Source: Halomicronema hongdechloris C2206
GTDB taxonomy: Bacteria; Cyanobacteriota; Cyanobacteriia; Phormidesmidales; Phormidesmidaceae
DNA length: 32,000 bases
Assembly: GCF_002075285.3 (NCBI RefSeq)
Contig: NZ_CP021983.2
Span: forward strand, 2,580,001 to 2,612,000
Direction of reading: 5' to 3'
A program made the translations under genes and the position numbers. Under the pieces are notes generated by a model that saw only the letters and a list, made by a program, of their open reading frames with translations, did not search any database and was not told the DNA's origin. Positions 1 to 10,013 of the stretch are shown piece by piece. Every line of letters begins with the position of its first letter. The first letter of the stretch is position 1.

Positions 1-20
1 CCTGCCGCTAGACACCTGCC

Positions 21-1685
21 ATGTTCCCATCGGTTTCTCGTTTGTGTCGTGCCTGCTCCCGTCGCCAGTGGCGTCTGATTGCCCAGGGCATTGGGCTGTT
101 CAGTCTGTGTATGGCTCTGATCGTAGCCTGTGGTGGACCGACTCCCGAGTCCAGTTCACCAGGGGAATCAGGGGCTTCTGACGGTCGCATTTCCATGGGC
201 ACTACCCTGCAGGCTCGCACCTTAGACCCAGCCGATGCCTATGAGATTTTTCCGGGAATTTTGCTCTACAACTTAGGCGATCGCCTCTATACCTATGCTC
301 CCGGCACCACAGACCTGGTGCCCCAATTGGCGACGGCCATGCCCACCATCAGTGAGGATGGTCTCACCTACACGATTCCCCTGCGAGAGGATGTGGTGCT
401 CCACGACGGCACCCTGTTCACCGCCGAGGTCATGGCCTTCTCGATTCAACGCTTCATGGAAAATGGTGGCCGTCCCGCCTTTCTGTTGGCGGAAAAAATT
501 GAGTCAGTGGAAGCCAGCGATGACTATGAACTGACCATTACCCTACAGGCCCCCTTTGCGGCCTTTCCGGCCCTATTGACCTTTTGGGGCGTTACGCCAG
601 TGCCCCCCGATAGCTACGCCATCGAGCCTGGCAGCTTCCAGCCCGATAGCTTCATTGGCTCCGGACCTTACAAACTGGCGGCATTCTCTAGCGATGTGAT
701 TCAACTGGATGTCAATCCGGATTACTGGGGGGAGCCGCCGGCCAACCCAGGCGTCGATATTCAAATTTTCAGCAGTCCCGCCAATCTCTACAACACCTTC
801 CGGACCGGGGGAGTGGATGTGGCCTATCAAACGCTGGATCCAGAGCAGATTGCCAGTCTGGAGCAAGAGGCTGCCTCAGGAGGGTGGCAGGTGATCGAGG
901 CGGGGACCACGGTGATCAACTACATGAGTGTGAACCAAAAGATCGAGCCTTTCGATGATGGGCGGGTACGCCAAGCCATGGCAGCCATGATCGATCGGCC
1001 CTTGATCAATCAGCGGGTGTTTCAAGGCCAGGCGGAGCCTCTCTACAGCCTGATTCCCACCAGCTTTGAGGTCTATGAGCCGGTCTTTGAGGATGCCTAT
1101 GGTGATGGGAACTTTGACTTGGCGGAAGAGTTGCTGCGGGACGCGGGTTTTTCTGAGGCGGCCCCCTTTACCTTTGAGATCTGGTATCCCTCGGCCTCTA
1201 CCCCCCGCAGCATCGTCGCCAATACTCTAAAAGAGTCCATTGAGCAGGCCCTGCCGGGGTTGGTGACAGTCAATGTGCAGACGGCAGAGAGTGCTACCCT
1301 CTGGGAGAACGTAGACAAAGGAGTCTATCCCACGGTGTTGGCCAACTGGTACCCCGATTATTACGATGCCGATACCTTCATTCAGCCCTTCATGAGTTGT
1401 GATCAGGGCTCGCCAGAGACCCTATGTGAGCAGGGGGCCAGCCAAGGGACCGGATCCTTCTATTACAGTGAGCCGGCCAATGAGTTAATCGCGCAGCAGC
1501 GGGCCGAGTCTGACCCAGAGGCGCGGCAGGCCATCTTCCGAGAGCTGCAGCAATTGCTGGCAGAGGATGTGCCCTATATTCCCCTGTGGCAAAACAAGGA
1601 CTATGTCTTTGCCCAAGCCGGGGTGGACGGCGTTGCGATTCAGCCGACGCAGCAGTTTTTGCTGGGGCTGATCTCTAAGGAGTAG
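21..1685 (+). CDS. ABC transporter substrate-binding lipoprotein, family 5 (peptide/nickel/opine type)
   Basis: 554-aa ORF with an ATG start. N-terminal signal with lipobox-like LIVAC-GG. Length and overall sequence resemble DppA/OppA/NikA-type binding proteins. A cognate permease follows 8 nt downstream. Confidence 0.85.
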   Translation: MFPSVSRLCRACSRRQWRLIAQGIGLFSLCMALIVACGGPTPESSSPGESGASDGRISMGTTLQARTLDPADAYEIFPGILLYNLGDRLYTYAPGTTDLVPQLATAMPTISEDGLTYTIPLREDVVLHDGTLFTAEVMAFSIQRFMENGGRPAFLLAEKIESVEASDDYELTITLQAPFAAFPALLTFWGVTPVPPDSYAIEPGSFQPDSFIGSGPYKLAAFSSDVIQLDVNPDYWGEPPANPGVDIQIFSSPANLYNTFRTGGVDVAYQTLDPEQIASLEQEAASGGWQVIEAGTTVINYMSVNQKIEPFDDGRVRQAMAAMIDRPLINQRVFQGQAEPLYSLIPTSFEVYEPVFEDAYGDGNFDLAEELLRDAGFSEAAPFTFEIWYPSASTPRSIVANTLKESIEQALPGLVTVNVQTAESATLWENVDKGVYPTVLANWYPDYYDADTFIQPFMSCDQGSPETLCEQGASQGTGSFYYSEPANELIAQQRAESDPEARQAIFRELQQLLAEDVPYIPLWQNKDYVFAQAGVDGVAIQPTQQFLLGLISKE

Positions 1686-1693
1686 CGATTCCT

Positions 1694-2722
1694 ATGGCCT
1701 CTCGCTCTACGGCACTGCGTTACTACATCCTGACGCGACTGTTGTTGGCCCCGTTGATGGTCTGGACCATCGTGACGGTGGTGTTCCTGCTGTTGCGAGC
1801 CACCCCTGGAGACCCAGTAGATGCCCTGTTGGGACCACGGGCACCGGAGGCGGTGAAGGAGACGTTGCGATCGCAACTGGGGCTAGACGCCCCCTTAGGG
1901 ATTCAATATCTGCGCTACCTGGGCCAGCTGCTAAGCCTGGATTTGGGCACTTCCCTAGCCAGCCAGGGGCAGACCGTCTGGCAAATCATTGTCGATCACT
2001 TGCCGGCTACCGTAGAGCTGGCCCTAGCCGGGTTGATGGTAGCAGCCATTGTTGGCATTGGCGTGGGCTCCCTGGCTGCCTCCCGACCCAACTCCGCCCT
2101 CGATGCTGGTGGCCGCCTCTTCGGCATTCTCACCTATGCCGTGCCCATGTACTGGTTCGGCATGATGCTACAGCTCCTGTTTGCCGTGCAGCTGCGCTGG
2201 TTTCCCATTGGTACTCGCTATCCTCTCACCGCCACCCCGCCCCAGGGGCCTACCGGGCTGTACGTCCTGGATAGTATATTGACTGGGCAGCTATCCCAAT
2301 TGGGACTCTCGCTGCACCACCTGGCCCTGCCCAGTCTCACCCTAGGCATTCTAATCAGTGGGGTATTCGAGCGCATGGTGCGGGTAAACCTGAAACAGAC
2401 CCTGCGGGCCGACTACATCGAAGCTGCCCGGGCCCGAGGCATTCCGGAGGTCCGCATTATCTTGGTGCACGCCCTGAAAAATGCCTTGATTCCCGTGATT
2501 ACCATTCTGGGCCTCACCTTCGCCTCTCTACTGGGAGGTGCCGTACTCACCGAAGTCACCTTCTCCTGGCCGGGGTTAGCCAATCGCCTCTATGAAGCCA
2601 TCAGCCAGCGAGACTATCCCGTTGTCCAGGGACTGATGGTATTTTTCGCCAGCATCGTCGCCCTGATCAGCATCGCCATCGACATCCTCAATGCCTATAT
2701 CGACCCCCGCATCCGCTATTGA
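1694..2722 (+). CDS. ABC transporter permease (DppB/OppB/NikB type)
   Basis: 342-aa polytopic ORF. EAA-loop-like segment IEAARARGIPEVRIILVHALKNALIPVITILG. C-terminal DPRIRY is typical of this permease family. Tightly linked to the binding-protein gene. Confidence 0.85.
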   Translation: MASRSTALRYYILTRLLLAPLMVWTIVTVVFLLLRATPGDPVDALLGPRAPEAVKETLRSQLGLDAPLGIQYLRYLGQLLSLDLGTSLASQGQTVWQIIVDHLPATVELALAGLMVAAIVGIGVGSLAASRPNSALDAGGRLFGILTYAVPMYWFGMMLQLLFAVQLRWFPIGTRYPLTATPPQGPTGLYVLDSILTGQLSQLGLSLHHLALPSLTLGILISGVFERMVRVNLKQTLRADYIEAARARGIPEVRIILVHALKNALIPVITILGLTFASLLGGAVLTEVTFSWPGLANRLYEAISQRDYPVVQGLMVFFASIVALISIAIDILNAYIDPRIRY

Positions 2723-3132
2723 AAGATCTATATTGACAAAAATCAATGTGTATCAAAGATGTATAGATAAAAATAAAATCGATTTAGTCAAGGCTAGATC
2801 CTGATTGAATTTGATCGGCTTCGCCGTTGCCAGATAAAGAACGCAACATTACTCAATCTGATACGGTGTAGTACATAACAAAATGCAACCTACTCCATTG
2901 CGGCAGGTTAACTGTAATAGCTGTTCAGCTAGCCACTAAATTCTGGGTAGAGGTCCTGTTTCTCAGGATGGATTTCTCAAAAAGGTCTGATGCTAGTGGC
3001 TTGCAGGAGATTTCCAAAAGCAGTGCCAGTGCATTTCATGTCTGTTGCCGGTGCTGGAGATCTTGCCTCAGGCTGTAATGATTGGTTTCCTTTTATGTCG
3101 AATTGTGTTTTCCCAGGAGTGTACATTGAGCT

Positions 3133-3507
3133 ATGGATGAGGATCCCTCTAATTGGCTGAGCCAACTAATTGGCCGAGGAGCAGATATCTCCAGGCAAAT
3201 CGGGTTTCGTGTCGCCTGCTTAATCGGGGTCATCGTATTTCTAATCGTCGTGAGTGTTGACTCGGCTGGTAACCTAGCCGCCGCTGCGGATTTAAACCAC
3301 CAAGGTAACGACCGGGTTAATGCGGAGTCGATTGCACCAGCGGAGACTGCCTCGCCTCAGCTAGCCTCCTCGGTGCAGCCCTCCTATGTAAATTTCACAC
3401 CGCAGCAGGCAGAACGGTTAACTCACGGTGACTTGCTCAGGGCTAATATGACCCGCAGCCAGCTGACCCGGGCCCACTTTTTCACGGATTTCCTCGGCGA
3501 GCATTAG
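3133..3507 (+). CDS. hypothetical single-pass membrane protein
   Basis: 124-aa ORF with ATG start and one hydrophobic helix (VACLIGVIVFLIVVSV). The C-terminus has a short pentapeptide-repeat-like stretch (ANMTRSQLTRAHF). It follows an AT-rich 410-bp gap. No recognisable family. Confidence 0.3.
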   Translation: MDEDPSNWLSQLIGRGADISRQIGFRVACLIGVIVFLIVVSVDSAGNLAAAADLNHQGNDRVNAESIAPAETASPQLASSVQPSYVNFTPQQAERLTHGDLLRANMTRSQLTRAHFFTDFLGEH

Positions 3508-3514
3508 CCGGTCT

Positions 3515-4468
3515 CTAAGCGTCTGGACGGTAGCCCAAATCTTCCAGCCGAGGGCGGGAATGTCGCCATTTGGGCACCACTTTGACAAATAGCTCCAGAT
3601 ACACCTTGCCCATAATCAGCTTCTGAATCTGTTGACGGGCGGCGCTGCCGATACTTTTCAAGAGGCTGCCCTGTTTGCCGATAACGATTCCTTTCTGGGA
3701 GTCGCGCTCGACGTGGATGGTGGCCAGAATCCGGGTGATAGCAGGGGTTTCCTCTACCCGATCGATGGTGATGGCCACGGAGTGGGGCACTTCTTGCCGA
3801 GTATGGAGCAGGAGCTGCTCCCGAATCAGTTCTCCCATGATGAAGCGCTCTGGCTGGTCGGTGACGAGATCGGGGGGATAGTAATAGGGACCCGGATCGA
3901 GCTGTGTAATCAGCTCCTGCAGCAGTGCCTCGCTACCGTCGCCGCTGAGGGCCGAAAACTTAAAGGTCGGCCAGGACTGGTGGCCAGCCAGGGCCTGGTA
4001 GCTCTGATCTAGGCTCAGGGCGGCCTCAGAGTCTGGAGGCTGCTGATCCGATTTATTGAGCCCCAGCACTATTGGCCCCGACTGTTGCCTGAGTAACTCG
4101 GCAATGAAGTGGTCACCGCGACCGGCTGCCGTAGAACTATCGACGACGAAGAGGATGAGGTCTACCGATGCGATCGCAGCTCGGGCATTTTTCACCAGAA
4201 TCTTCCCCAGTTCATGGTGAGGTTTATGGATGCCCGGGGTATCCACGAAGATGATCTGGGCCGTGGGGGTACTCAAAATCCCCTGCAATCGGTTGCGGGT
4301 GGTCTGGGCTACCGGAGATGTAATGGCTACCTTCTGACCGATCAGATGATTCATCAGGGTGGATTTGCCCACATTGGGACGGCCAACCAGGCCCACAAAG
4401 CCAGAGCGAAACCCCTCCGGCGCCGTTGGCATGGTGGCAATGCCCAAAGTATCGATGTCAGTGGTCAT
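3515..4468 (-). CDS. era: GTPase Era
   Basis: G1 motif GRPNVGKST, TTRNR, DTPG and NKSD G-motifs, followed by a C-terminal KH-domain-like region. 317 aa is typical of Era. Confidence 0.95.
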   Translation of the reverse strand: MTTDIDTLGIATMPTAPEGFRSGFVGLVGRPNVGKSTLMNHLIGQKVAITSPVAQTTRNRLQGILSTPTAQIIFVDTPGIHKPHHELGKILVKNARAAIASVDLILFVVDSSTAAGRGDHFIAELLRQQSGPIVLGLNKSDQQPPDSEAALSLDQSYQALAGHQSWPTFKFSALSGDGSEALLQELITQLDPGPYYYPPDLVTDQPERFIMGELIREQLLLHTRQEVPHSVAITIDRVEETPAITRILATIHVERDSQKGIVIGKQGSLLKSIGSAARQQIQKLIMGKVYLELFVKVVPKWRHSRPRLEDLGYRPDA

Positions 4469-4480
4469 AGAGACTCTCGT

Positions 4481-4915
4481 TCAGGTACCGGTCACATGAA
4501 TTACGATCTCGCGGCGACTGCCCCGGGCTCGATGTTCCCACAGGTAGATCCCCTGCCAGGTGCCGAGGGCCAAGCGACCCTTCATGACCGGAATCTGTTC
4601 TGAGGTGTGGGTCAGAGCGGAGCGAATGTGGGCCGGCATGTCGTCGGGCCCTTCGGTGCTGTGGATGTAGGAGCCATCTTCCGGCACCAGGCGGGCGAAG
4701 AAGGTGGCCAGATCCCGTAACACATCGGGGTCTGCATTTTCTTGAATCACCAAGCTGGCCGAGGTATGGCGGATAAAGATGCTGCAGAGACCGGTTTGAA
4801 TCCCCGATTCAGTTACCACGGCCTGAACATCCTGGGTAAACCGTTGGAACGATTTTCCCTGAGTAGCTAGGGTGAGCTGACGTTGATGATGGCGAGGGAG
4901 GGTGCTAGTAGTCAT
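4481..4915 (-). CDS. yjbQ: YjbQ/UPF0047 family protein (secondary thiamine-phosphate synthase-like)
   Basis: 144 aa with family-typical segments HTSASLVIQENADPDV, HIRSAL and GTWQGIYLWEHR. Lies 12 nt upstream of era on the same strand. Confidence 0.85.
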   Translation of the reverse strand: MTTSTLPRHHQRQLTLATQGKSFQRFTQDVQAVVTESGIQTGLCSIFIRHTSASLVIQENADPDVLRDLATFFARLVPEDGSYIHSTEGPDDMPAHIRSALTHTSEQIPVMKGRLALGTWQGIYLWEHRARGSRREIVIHVTGT

Positions 4916-5429
4916 GGATGATTGGTGATGCTAACGGTCGTCTCTTGGGTACTTTTTCTATTGTGTCGTCTTTGCTGTACTCGGTGAATCTTGATGAGAC
5001 GACTCCCCTGGCAAACTGCCTGTGGTGAGCTTGCTGAACTACTGCCCTGGGCCTGCGGAAGGGCTTGTCGATCAGGAGAGGTGGATTTCGATAAGACCAC
5101 GCTTAGTTGTGTAGCTCGGGGGGCTCACCCGGGGAATTTCGCTTCCCCCGGACCCCTACGACCAGGGCGAACCGCCGCCCTGGACCTGCGGAAGGGCATA
5201 TCGGTGAGCCGTCGCAGATCGCGTCGCATCGGCAGGGATGCGAGGGGCTCCTCTACCTGACGAGTAGACCAAAGCAGAAGCCAGGAAAGGGAATTTTGAC
5301 CGTTGGCCTGTTGAGGGTTGAATTCAACCATCACCGGGAGAACTCAAAACTCAAAACTCATCGCCCCGTGGGGCCCTTCCCTGGCCACACATTGTTTACC
5401 TAGTTTAAACAACACGGCCGACGCCACTG

Positions 5430-5624
5430 CTCTTCACTCTTCACCCTTGACTCTTCACCCTTGACTCTTCACCCTTCACTAAACATCACCCCATCACCCC
5501 ATCACCTATCCACCCTTGACTCTTCACTCTTCACTCTTCACCCTTCACTAAACATCACCCCATCACCCCATCACCTATCCACCCTTCACCCTTGACTCTT
5601 CACCCTTCACTAAACATCACCCCT
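5430..5624. repeat. Complex tandem array built from 7-mers (CTCTTCA/CCCTTCA/CCCTTGA and CATCACC), with a 61-70 bp higher-order unit present about 3 times (STRR-like)
   Basis: Direct reading. The anchor ACTAAACATCACC recurs at 5478, 5548 and 5609. Between anchors lie runs of 7-nt units. The array is intergenic, between divergent yjbQ and a glycosyltransferase gene. Confidence 0.9.
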
Positions 5625-5696
5625 AAGCCCTGCGGGCAGGCTCCGCCTACACCCCGCCCTCCGTCCTCCGTTATAGTGAGGATTCAACCTTAGACC

Positions 5697-6872
5697 ATGG
5701 CAATGACTGTTTCCAACTCCCAATCCCGACTGTTAGTCTGGCATCCCTTCTTTCTAGGAGGTGGGGCCGAGGCCGTGACCCTGTGGATGTTGGAGGCGCT
5801 GTGTGACGACTATGATGTCACGCTCTTGACGCTATTTGACGTCGATCTGCAACGGCTGAATGCCATGTATGACACCCAGTTGCAGCCCCAGACCCTGACG
5901 GTTAAAGCAGTGATTCCGTCAGCCTGGAGTGGGGTGGGGCGTTGGGCCCTAGCCAATAGTAGTGTCCTGAGGGCGGTGATGATGCATGGCTCTATTCGCA
6001 CTCTCAAAACCATGGGCCAGCACTATGACGGAGTAATTTCCGGCTATAATGGCGTCGATTTCGGCCGACCAGGGTTGCAATATATGCACTGGGTACGGGT
6101 GGTAGAAGGGGGAAAGTTACAGCAAAATGCCCCTTTTCGGAAGCTGTGCCATGGCATTTCTGACTTTTCGGTGGAGCGGTTACGGCAAAATGTCTCCCTG
6201 GTGAATTCGGCCTACACAGGACAGCGAGTGCAGAAAGACTACGACATTCCGTCTGTGGTGGTCTATCCGCCGGTGGTGGCTGATATTCCCCAGCGGCCTT
6301 GGTCTCAAAAGCAGGATAGTTTTCTCTGCAGTGGCCGCCTGGTGCCAGCGAAAATGCCCCATCGGGCCATTCGAATACTGCGGCAGGTACGACGGCAGGG
6401 GTTTGATGTCAAGCTCTACATCACTGGCGGTGGCGGCGGCGTCTATGGCCGAGAATACGTCAACCGTATCAAGCAGTTGGTGGCAGCGGAGGCCGATTGG
6501 ATTCAGCTGCTGGCAGGCTTGCCCTATCAGGAGTATTTGGCCCTGCTGGCCCAATGTCGCTATGGCATCCACTACAAGCCAGAGCCGTTTGGCATTTCCA
6601 TTGCCGAGATGGTGCAGGCGGGGATGATTCCTTTTGTGCGATCGCGGGGGGGCCAGGTGGAAATTGTCGGGGCTGAACAGCAGCAGTTGATGTTTAACAG
6701 CGAATCAGAGGCTGTGAGCAAGATTGTGGCGATGCTCAAGCACCCTGACCAACAGCAACGGTCCTTAGCGGCGCTGGCACAGCAGCAGTCACTGTTTTCT
6801 GTCGAGCATTTCCAGCGGCAACTGCGGGGGATAGTGGCCGACTACTTGGCCGGGAAGGCCTTGCTACCGTAG
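5697..6872 (+). CDS. Glycosyltransferase, GT-B fold (family 4 / group 1-like)
   Basis: 391 aa. The C-terminal half carries the EPFGISIAEMVQAGMIPFV segment typical of the GT1/GT4 nucleotide-sugar binding region (E-x7-E-like). Confidence 0.8.
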   Translation: MAMTVSNSQSRLLVWHPFFLGGGAEAVTLWMLEALCDDYDVTLLTLFDVDLQRLNAMYDTQLQPQTLTVKAVIPSAWSGVGRWALANSSVLRAVMMHGSIRTLKTMGQHYDGVISGYNGVDFGRPGLQYMHWVRVVEGGKLQQNAPFRKLCHGISDFSVERLRQNVSLVNSAYTGQRVQKDYDIPSVVVYPPVVADIPQRPWSQKQDSFLCSGRLVPAKMPHRAIRILRQVRRQGFDVKLYITGGGGGVYGREYVNRIKQLVAAEADWIQLLAGLPYQEYLALLAQCRYGIHYKPEPFGISIAEMVQAGMIPFVRSRGGQVEIVGAEQQQLMFNSESEAVSKIVAMLKHPDQQQRSLAALAQQQSLFSVEHFQRQLRGIVADYLAGKALLP

Positions 6873-6930
6873 GCCTAGGATGTGATGCCAAGGCAGAAAG
6901 GGAAATCTGGATAAATGCCCCCTTTTCGCG

Positions 6931-8061
6931 CTAGTCAATTTGGCTTGCCGCTGTGCTCAAGTAGTCCACCACTGCCGCGGCGATGGTTTGATTGCCGTCT
7001 GTGGCTCGGGCCATGGCTTGGCGGGGCGGCAGCAGGGGCTGGGCCAGAAAGTCCCAGGTCCCCTGCAACAAATCGGTGGGGCGTAGGATGCGATGATGAC
7101 TGACGGCCTGGATACCCTCCACCAGCAGGGCACTCTCGGCGAAGTCTTGTCGGGTCAGGGTGAGAATGGGAATGTTGAGGCGACAGGCTTCGGCAAAGGT
7201 GCTGTAGCCGGGTTTAGAGACGATGCGATCGCACAGGGGCATGACATCGACGGGGCGCAGGCAGCGGTCGGTAATTTTCAGCAAGTTGGGCAACTCTGGT
7301 GCCTGGGCGTCGAAGCTGATAAATTGCCAGTCGGGAAAGCGACTGAGTCCCTGGTAGGGAATCTGCTGTAGCCCCAGACCGCCAAAGGTAAGCAGCACCG
7401 TGTGTTTGGCTTTGCTCAACAGCTCCGGGGAAGGCACTCGGGGGGCTAAGATAGCCCGCAATTGGTCGGGGGCATAGCGAGGACTGCCGCCGGTAAGGCC
7501 CACATCGGTGATGGTGGGAAAGGCTTTCATCGGTTCATGGAAGGGCAATCGAAACATGCGATCGCACCTCTGGAAGCACTCGGCAATCCAGTCAGCTACC
7601 GCCACAAACCCACCTCCCCAGGGACGATAAATAAAATCCCAGCCAAAATTACTCATCATCCAACAGGGAACACCAGCGGCCTCCGCAACGCGTGTCGCCA
7701 GTGGAGGAATATCGGCCAATACCAAGCTCACCCGCTCCTGCTGCAAAAAGGCAGCTTCCTCCGCCACTAGGTGGGTCGGCATCCGTTGAATCCGCCGCAG
7801 TTGCTCCAGAGTAGCCGTCTTATCCATGGTTAAGCTGTCCTGCTGCAGCACCCCCACATCGAAGGCCCGAGGTCGATGCAGAAAGGGACCCTCTAGATTA
7901 GGACTGCAGCAACACTGCGGAGCCGTCGTGGCCAGAATCAGCCGCACCTGCGGTAACTGGGCCTGAATGGTAGCAGCTACCGCTGCGGCCCGGGTGGCGT
8001 GGCCAAATCCATGGTTAGTGACGGCGACATAGAGGGTCGGCGGGGCCATAGTCATGCTCAT
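6931..8061 (-). CDS. Glycosyltransferase-like protein (GT-B fold, MGT/GT28-like)
   Basis: 376 aa. N-terminal NHGFGHATRAAAV resembles the G-x-G-H motif of MurG/UDP-glycosyltransferase-type enzymes. C-terminal SKPGYSTFAEA resembles the donor-binding region. The family assignment is approximate. Confidence 0.6.
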   Translation of the reverse strand: MSMTMAPPTLYVAVTNHGFGHATRAAAVAATIQAQLPQVRLILATTAPQCCCSPNLEGPFLHRPRAFDVGVLQQDSLTMDKTATLEQLRRIQRMPTHLVAEEAAFLQQERVSLVLADIPPLATRVAEAAGVPCWMMSNFGWDFIYRPWGGGFVAVADWIAECFQRCDRMFRLPFHEPMKAFPTITDVGLTGGSPRYAPDQLRAILAPRVPSPELLSKAKHTVLLTFGGLGLQQIPYQGLSRFPDWQFISFDAQAPELPNLLKITDRCLRPVDVMPLCDRIVSKPGYSTFAEACRLNIPILTLTRQDFAESALLVEGIQAVSHHRILRPTDLLQGTWDFLAQPLLPPRQAMARATDGNQTIAAAVVDYLSTAASQID

Positions 8062-8074
8062 ATCCCAAAACAGC

Positions 8075-8104
8075 CAAAAAAAGACTCGCCGCTGGGGGCG
8101 AGTC
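8075..8104 (-). terminator. Rho-independent terminator of ftsH
   Basis: Perfect 9-bp stem AGACTCGCC / GGCGAGTCT (8082-8090 / 8096-8104) with a 5-nt loop. On the minus strand it is followed by T7 (8075-8081). Lies 23 nt downstream of the ftsH stop. Confidence 0.85.
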
Positions 8105-8126
8105 TAAACGCTACCTGGACAGTGCC

Positions 8127-10013
8127 TTACAGTTGCGGCACAAATTGCTCTTTCTCGGGGACCACGGTGTACTCAGACACAATCTGGCGAAACTCTTCAC
8201 CGTCAATGGCCTCCTTCTCGATCAGCAGATCTACCAGCCGGTCAATGACCGATCGATTATCTAGCATGATTTGTCGAGCCTGATTGTAGCAATGGTCGAC
8301 AATGGCTCGCACTTGCCCGTCGATGCGAGTAGCAATCTCCTGGGAGTACTCAGAACGAGACATCCAATCCCGTCCCAAGAAGACCTCATTCTGGGGGCTT
8401 TCCAAAGAGAGGGGACCCAGATCGGACATGCCGAAGCGAGTCACCATCTGTCGAGCCATGCCCGTTACCTGTTGCAGGTCGTTGCCAGCTCCCGTAGTCA
8501 CTTCAGCATCACCAAAGATCACATCTTCAGCCGCTCGACCACCCAAGGCACCTGTAATTCTAGCCAGCAACTGGGCTCGGGAGATCAACGTCTGATCCTC
8601 ACTGGGAGTAAACCAGGTCAGTCCCCGGGCTTGCCCCCGCGGAATCAGCGTTACCTTCTGAACTGGATCATGGGCCTGCATCAGCGTTCCTACGATGGCG
8701 TGGCCCACCTCATGGTAAGCAATCAAGCGCTTACTCTTACTATCGACTAGGGGCGTGCCCTCCATGCCGGCAATGACCCGGTCCACAGCGGCATCGATCT
8801 CCGACATGGTGATGGCCTCCTTGCGACGGCGGGCCGTGAGAATGGCCGCCTCATTCAGCAGGTTGGCCAAGTCAGCGCCAGTAAAGCCAGGGGTACGACG
8901 GGCAATAGCCTCCAGAGACACCTCATCCGCCAGCTTCTTGTTGCGGGCATGAACCTCTAGGATCTCTAGGCGGCCCTTGATATCCGGCGGATCCACCATC
9001 ACCTGACGGTCAAAGCGGCCGGGTCGCAGCAGGGCCGGATCTAGCACATCCACTCGGTTGGTGGCGGCAATGATGATGATGCCGGTATTGCCTTCGAACC
9101 CGTCCATCTCAGTCAAGAGCTGGTTCAACGTCTGTTCCCGCTCGTCATTACCACCGCCGATACCGGCACCTCGCTGTCGCCCAACGGCATCCAGCTCGTC
9201 AATGAAGATGATGCAGGGGGCATTTTCCTTGGCCTTCTTGAACAGGTCCCGTACCCGAGACGCCCCTACCCCGACAAACATCTCCACAAATTCAGAACCG
9301 GAAATGCTAAAGAAGGGCACCCCAGCTTCCCCGGCGATGGCTTTGGCCAAGAGCGTCTTACCGGTGCCGGGAGGGCCGACTAACAGGACTCCCTTGGGAA
9401 TGCGAGCTCCTACCGCAGTGAATCGCTCTGGCTTCTTCAGAAACGTCACCACTTCCTGGAGTTCCTCCTTGGCCTCTTCAATGCCAGCCACATCATCAAA
9501 CATGATGCCGGTCTTGGCTTCCATCATGAAGCGGGCCTTAGACTTGCCAAAATTCATGGCCTGGCCCGGTCCCCCTGGCACGTTGCTAGAGCGGCGGAAT
9601 AGAAAGAAGAGCCCCCCAATCAGTAATAGAGGGAACAATAAGTTCCCCAAGGCTCCCCAAATTGCACCGTCGTTGCGAGGCGGATGGACATCCAAATTGA
9701 CGTCTGATTCCCGCAGTCGCGTAATCAGTTCTGGAGCATTCCCCGGTAAATCGACACGCCAGCGCTGTATCCGGTTGTCTAATTGCGGGTCAACCGCTTC
9801 CACAATGGCTGTACGCCCACCTTCATAGAGATCGACGGCGGTGACCCGGTCAGCCTCTAGATAGTCCAAGAACCGACCGTAGGTCATGCGAGTACTCGCC
9901 GTATTACTGCCGGCATTGACAGGGGATCCGGAAAATGCGCCTTGCCACAGGAAGAAGCCAATCACCAAGATCGGTAAGGCCCAGAGCAGGGCAACTCGCC
10001 AAGAAAACTTCAT
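8127..10013 (-). CDS. ftsH: ATP-dependent zinc metalloprotease FtsH
   Basis: Two N-terminal TM helices, Walker A GPPGTGKT, Walker [12 protein letters not shown] region and zinc site HEVGHA. 628 aa. Confidence 0.97.
   Translation of the reverse strand: MKFSWRVALLWALPILVIGFFLWQGAFSGSPVNAGSNTASTRMTYGRFLDYLEADRVTAVDLYEGGRTAIVEAVDPQLDNRIQRWRVDLPGNAPELITRLRESDVNLDVHPPRNDGAIWGALGNLLFPLLLIGGLFFLFRRSSNVPGGPGQAMNFGKSKARFMMEAKTGIMFDDVAGIEEAKEELQEVVTFLKKPERFTAVGARIPKGVLLVGPPGTGKTLLAKAIAGEAGVPFFSISGSEFVEMFVGVGASRVRDLFKKAKENAPCIIFIDELDAVGRQRGAGIGGGNDEREQTLNQLLTEMDGFEGNTGIIIIAATNRVDVLDPALLRPGRFDRQVMVDPPDIKGRLEILEVHARNKKLADEVSLEAIARRTPGFTGADLANLLNEAAILTARRRKEAITMSEIDAAVDRVIAGMEGTPLVDSKSKRLIAYHEVGHAIVGTLMQAHDPVQKVTLIPRGQARGLTWFTPSEDQTLISRAQLLARITGALGGRAAEDVIFGDAEVTTGAGNDLQQVTGMARQMVTRFGMSDLGPLSLESPQNEVFLGRDWMSRSEYSQEIATRIDGQVRAIVDHCYNQARQIMLDNRSVIDRLVDLLIEKEAIDGEEFRQIVSEYTVVPEKEQFVPQL

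Noticed and set aside
5036-5400. Considered tmRNA, RNase P RNA, SRP/4.5S RNA, and ZTP, glutamine or cobalamin riboswitches in the long spacer
   Set aside because: Only superficial resemblances were found (a GGAA-containing segment, CCAGGGCGAAC…CCGCC). The diagnostic conserved cores are absent on both strands: the tRNA-like end with CCA, GAGGAAAGTCC, the SRP domain IV symmetric loop and the B12 box.
4991-5403. ORFs 4991-5260, 5107-5403 and 5125-5334 in the yjbQ/GT spacer
   Set aside because: They overlap each other on both strands, give Arg/Pro/Gly-rich translations, have no RBS context and show no family resemblance. The region is better explained as non-coding structured DNA/RNA.
5430-5624. 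Considered as a CRISPR array
   Set aside because: The units are 7-mers with a 61-70 bp super-repeat. There are no unique spacers of constant length and no palindromic ~30-nt repeat. No cas genes are nearby.
9058-9828. 256-aa plus-strand ORF inside ftsH. Similar long antisense ORFs occur at 3632-4012, 8271-8750, 13587-14168, 14235-14630, 19402-19851, 24437-24877, 24986-25369 and 12398-12838.
   Set aside because: All lie antisense to, or out of frame within, strongly supported conserved genes. They have Ala/Arg/Pro/Ser-rich low-complexity translations typical of shadow ORFs in GC-rich DNA.
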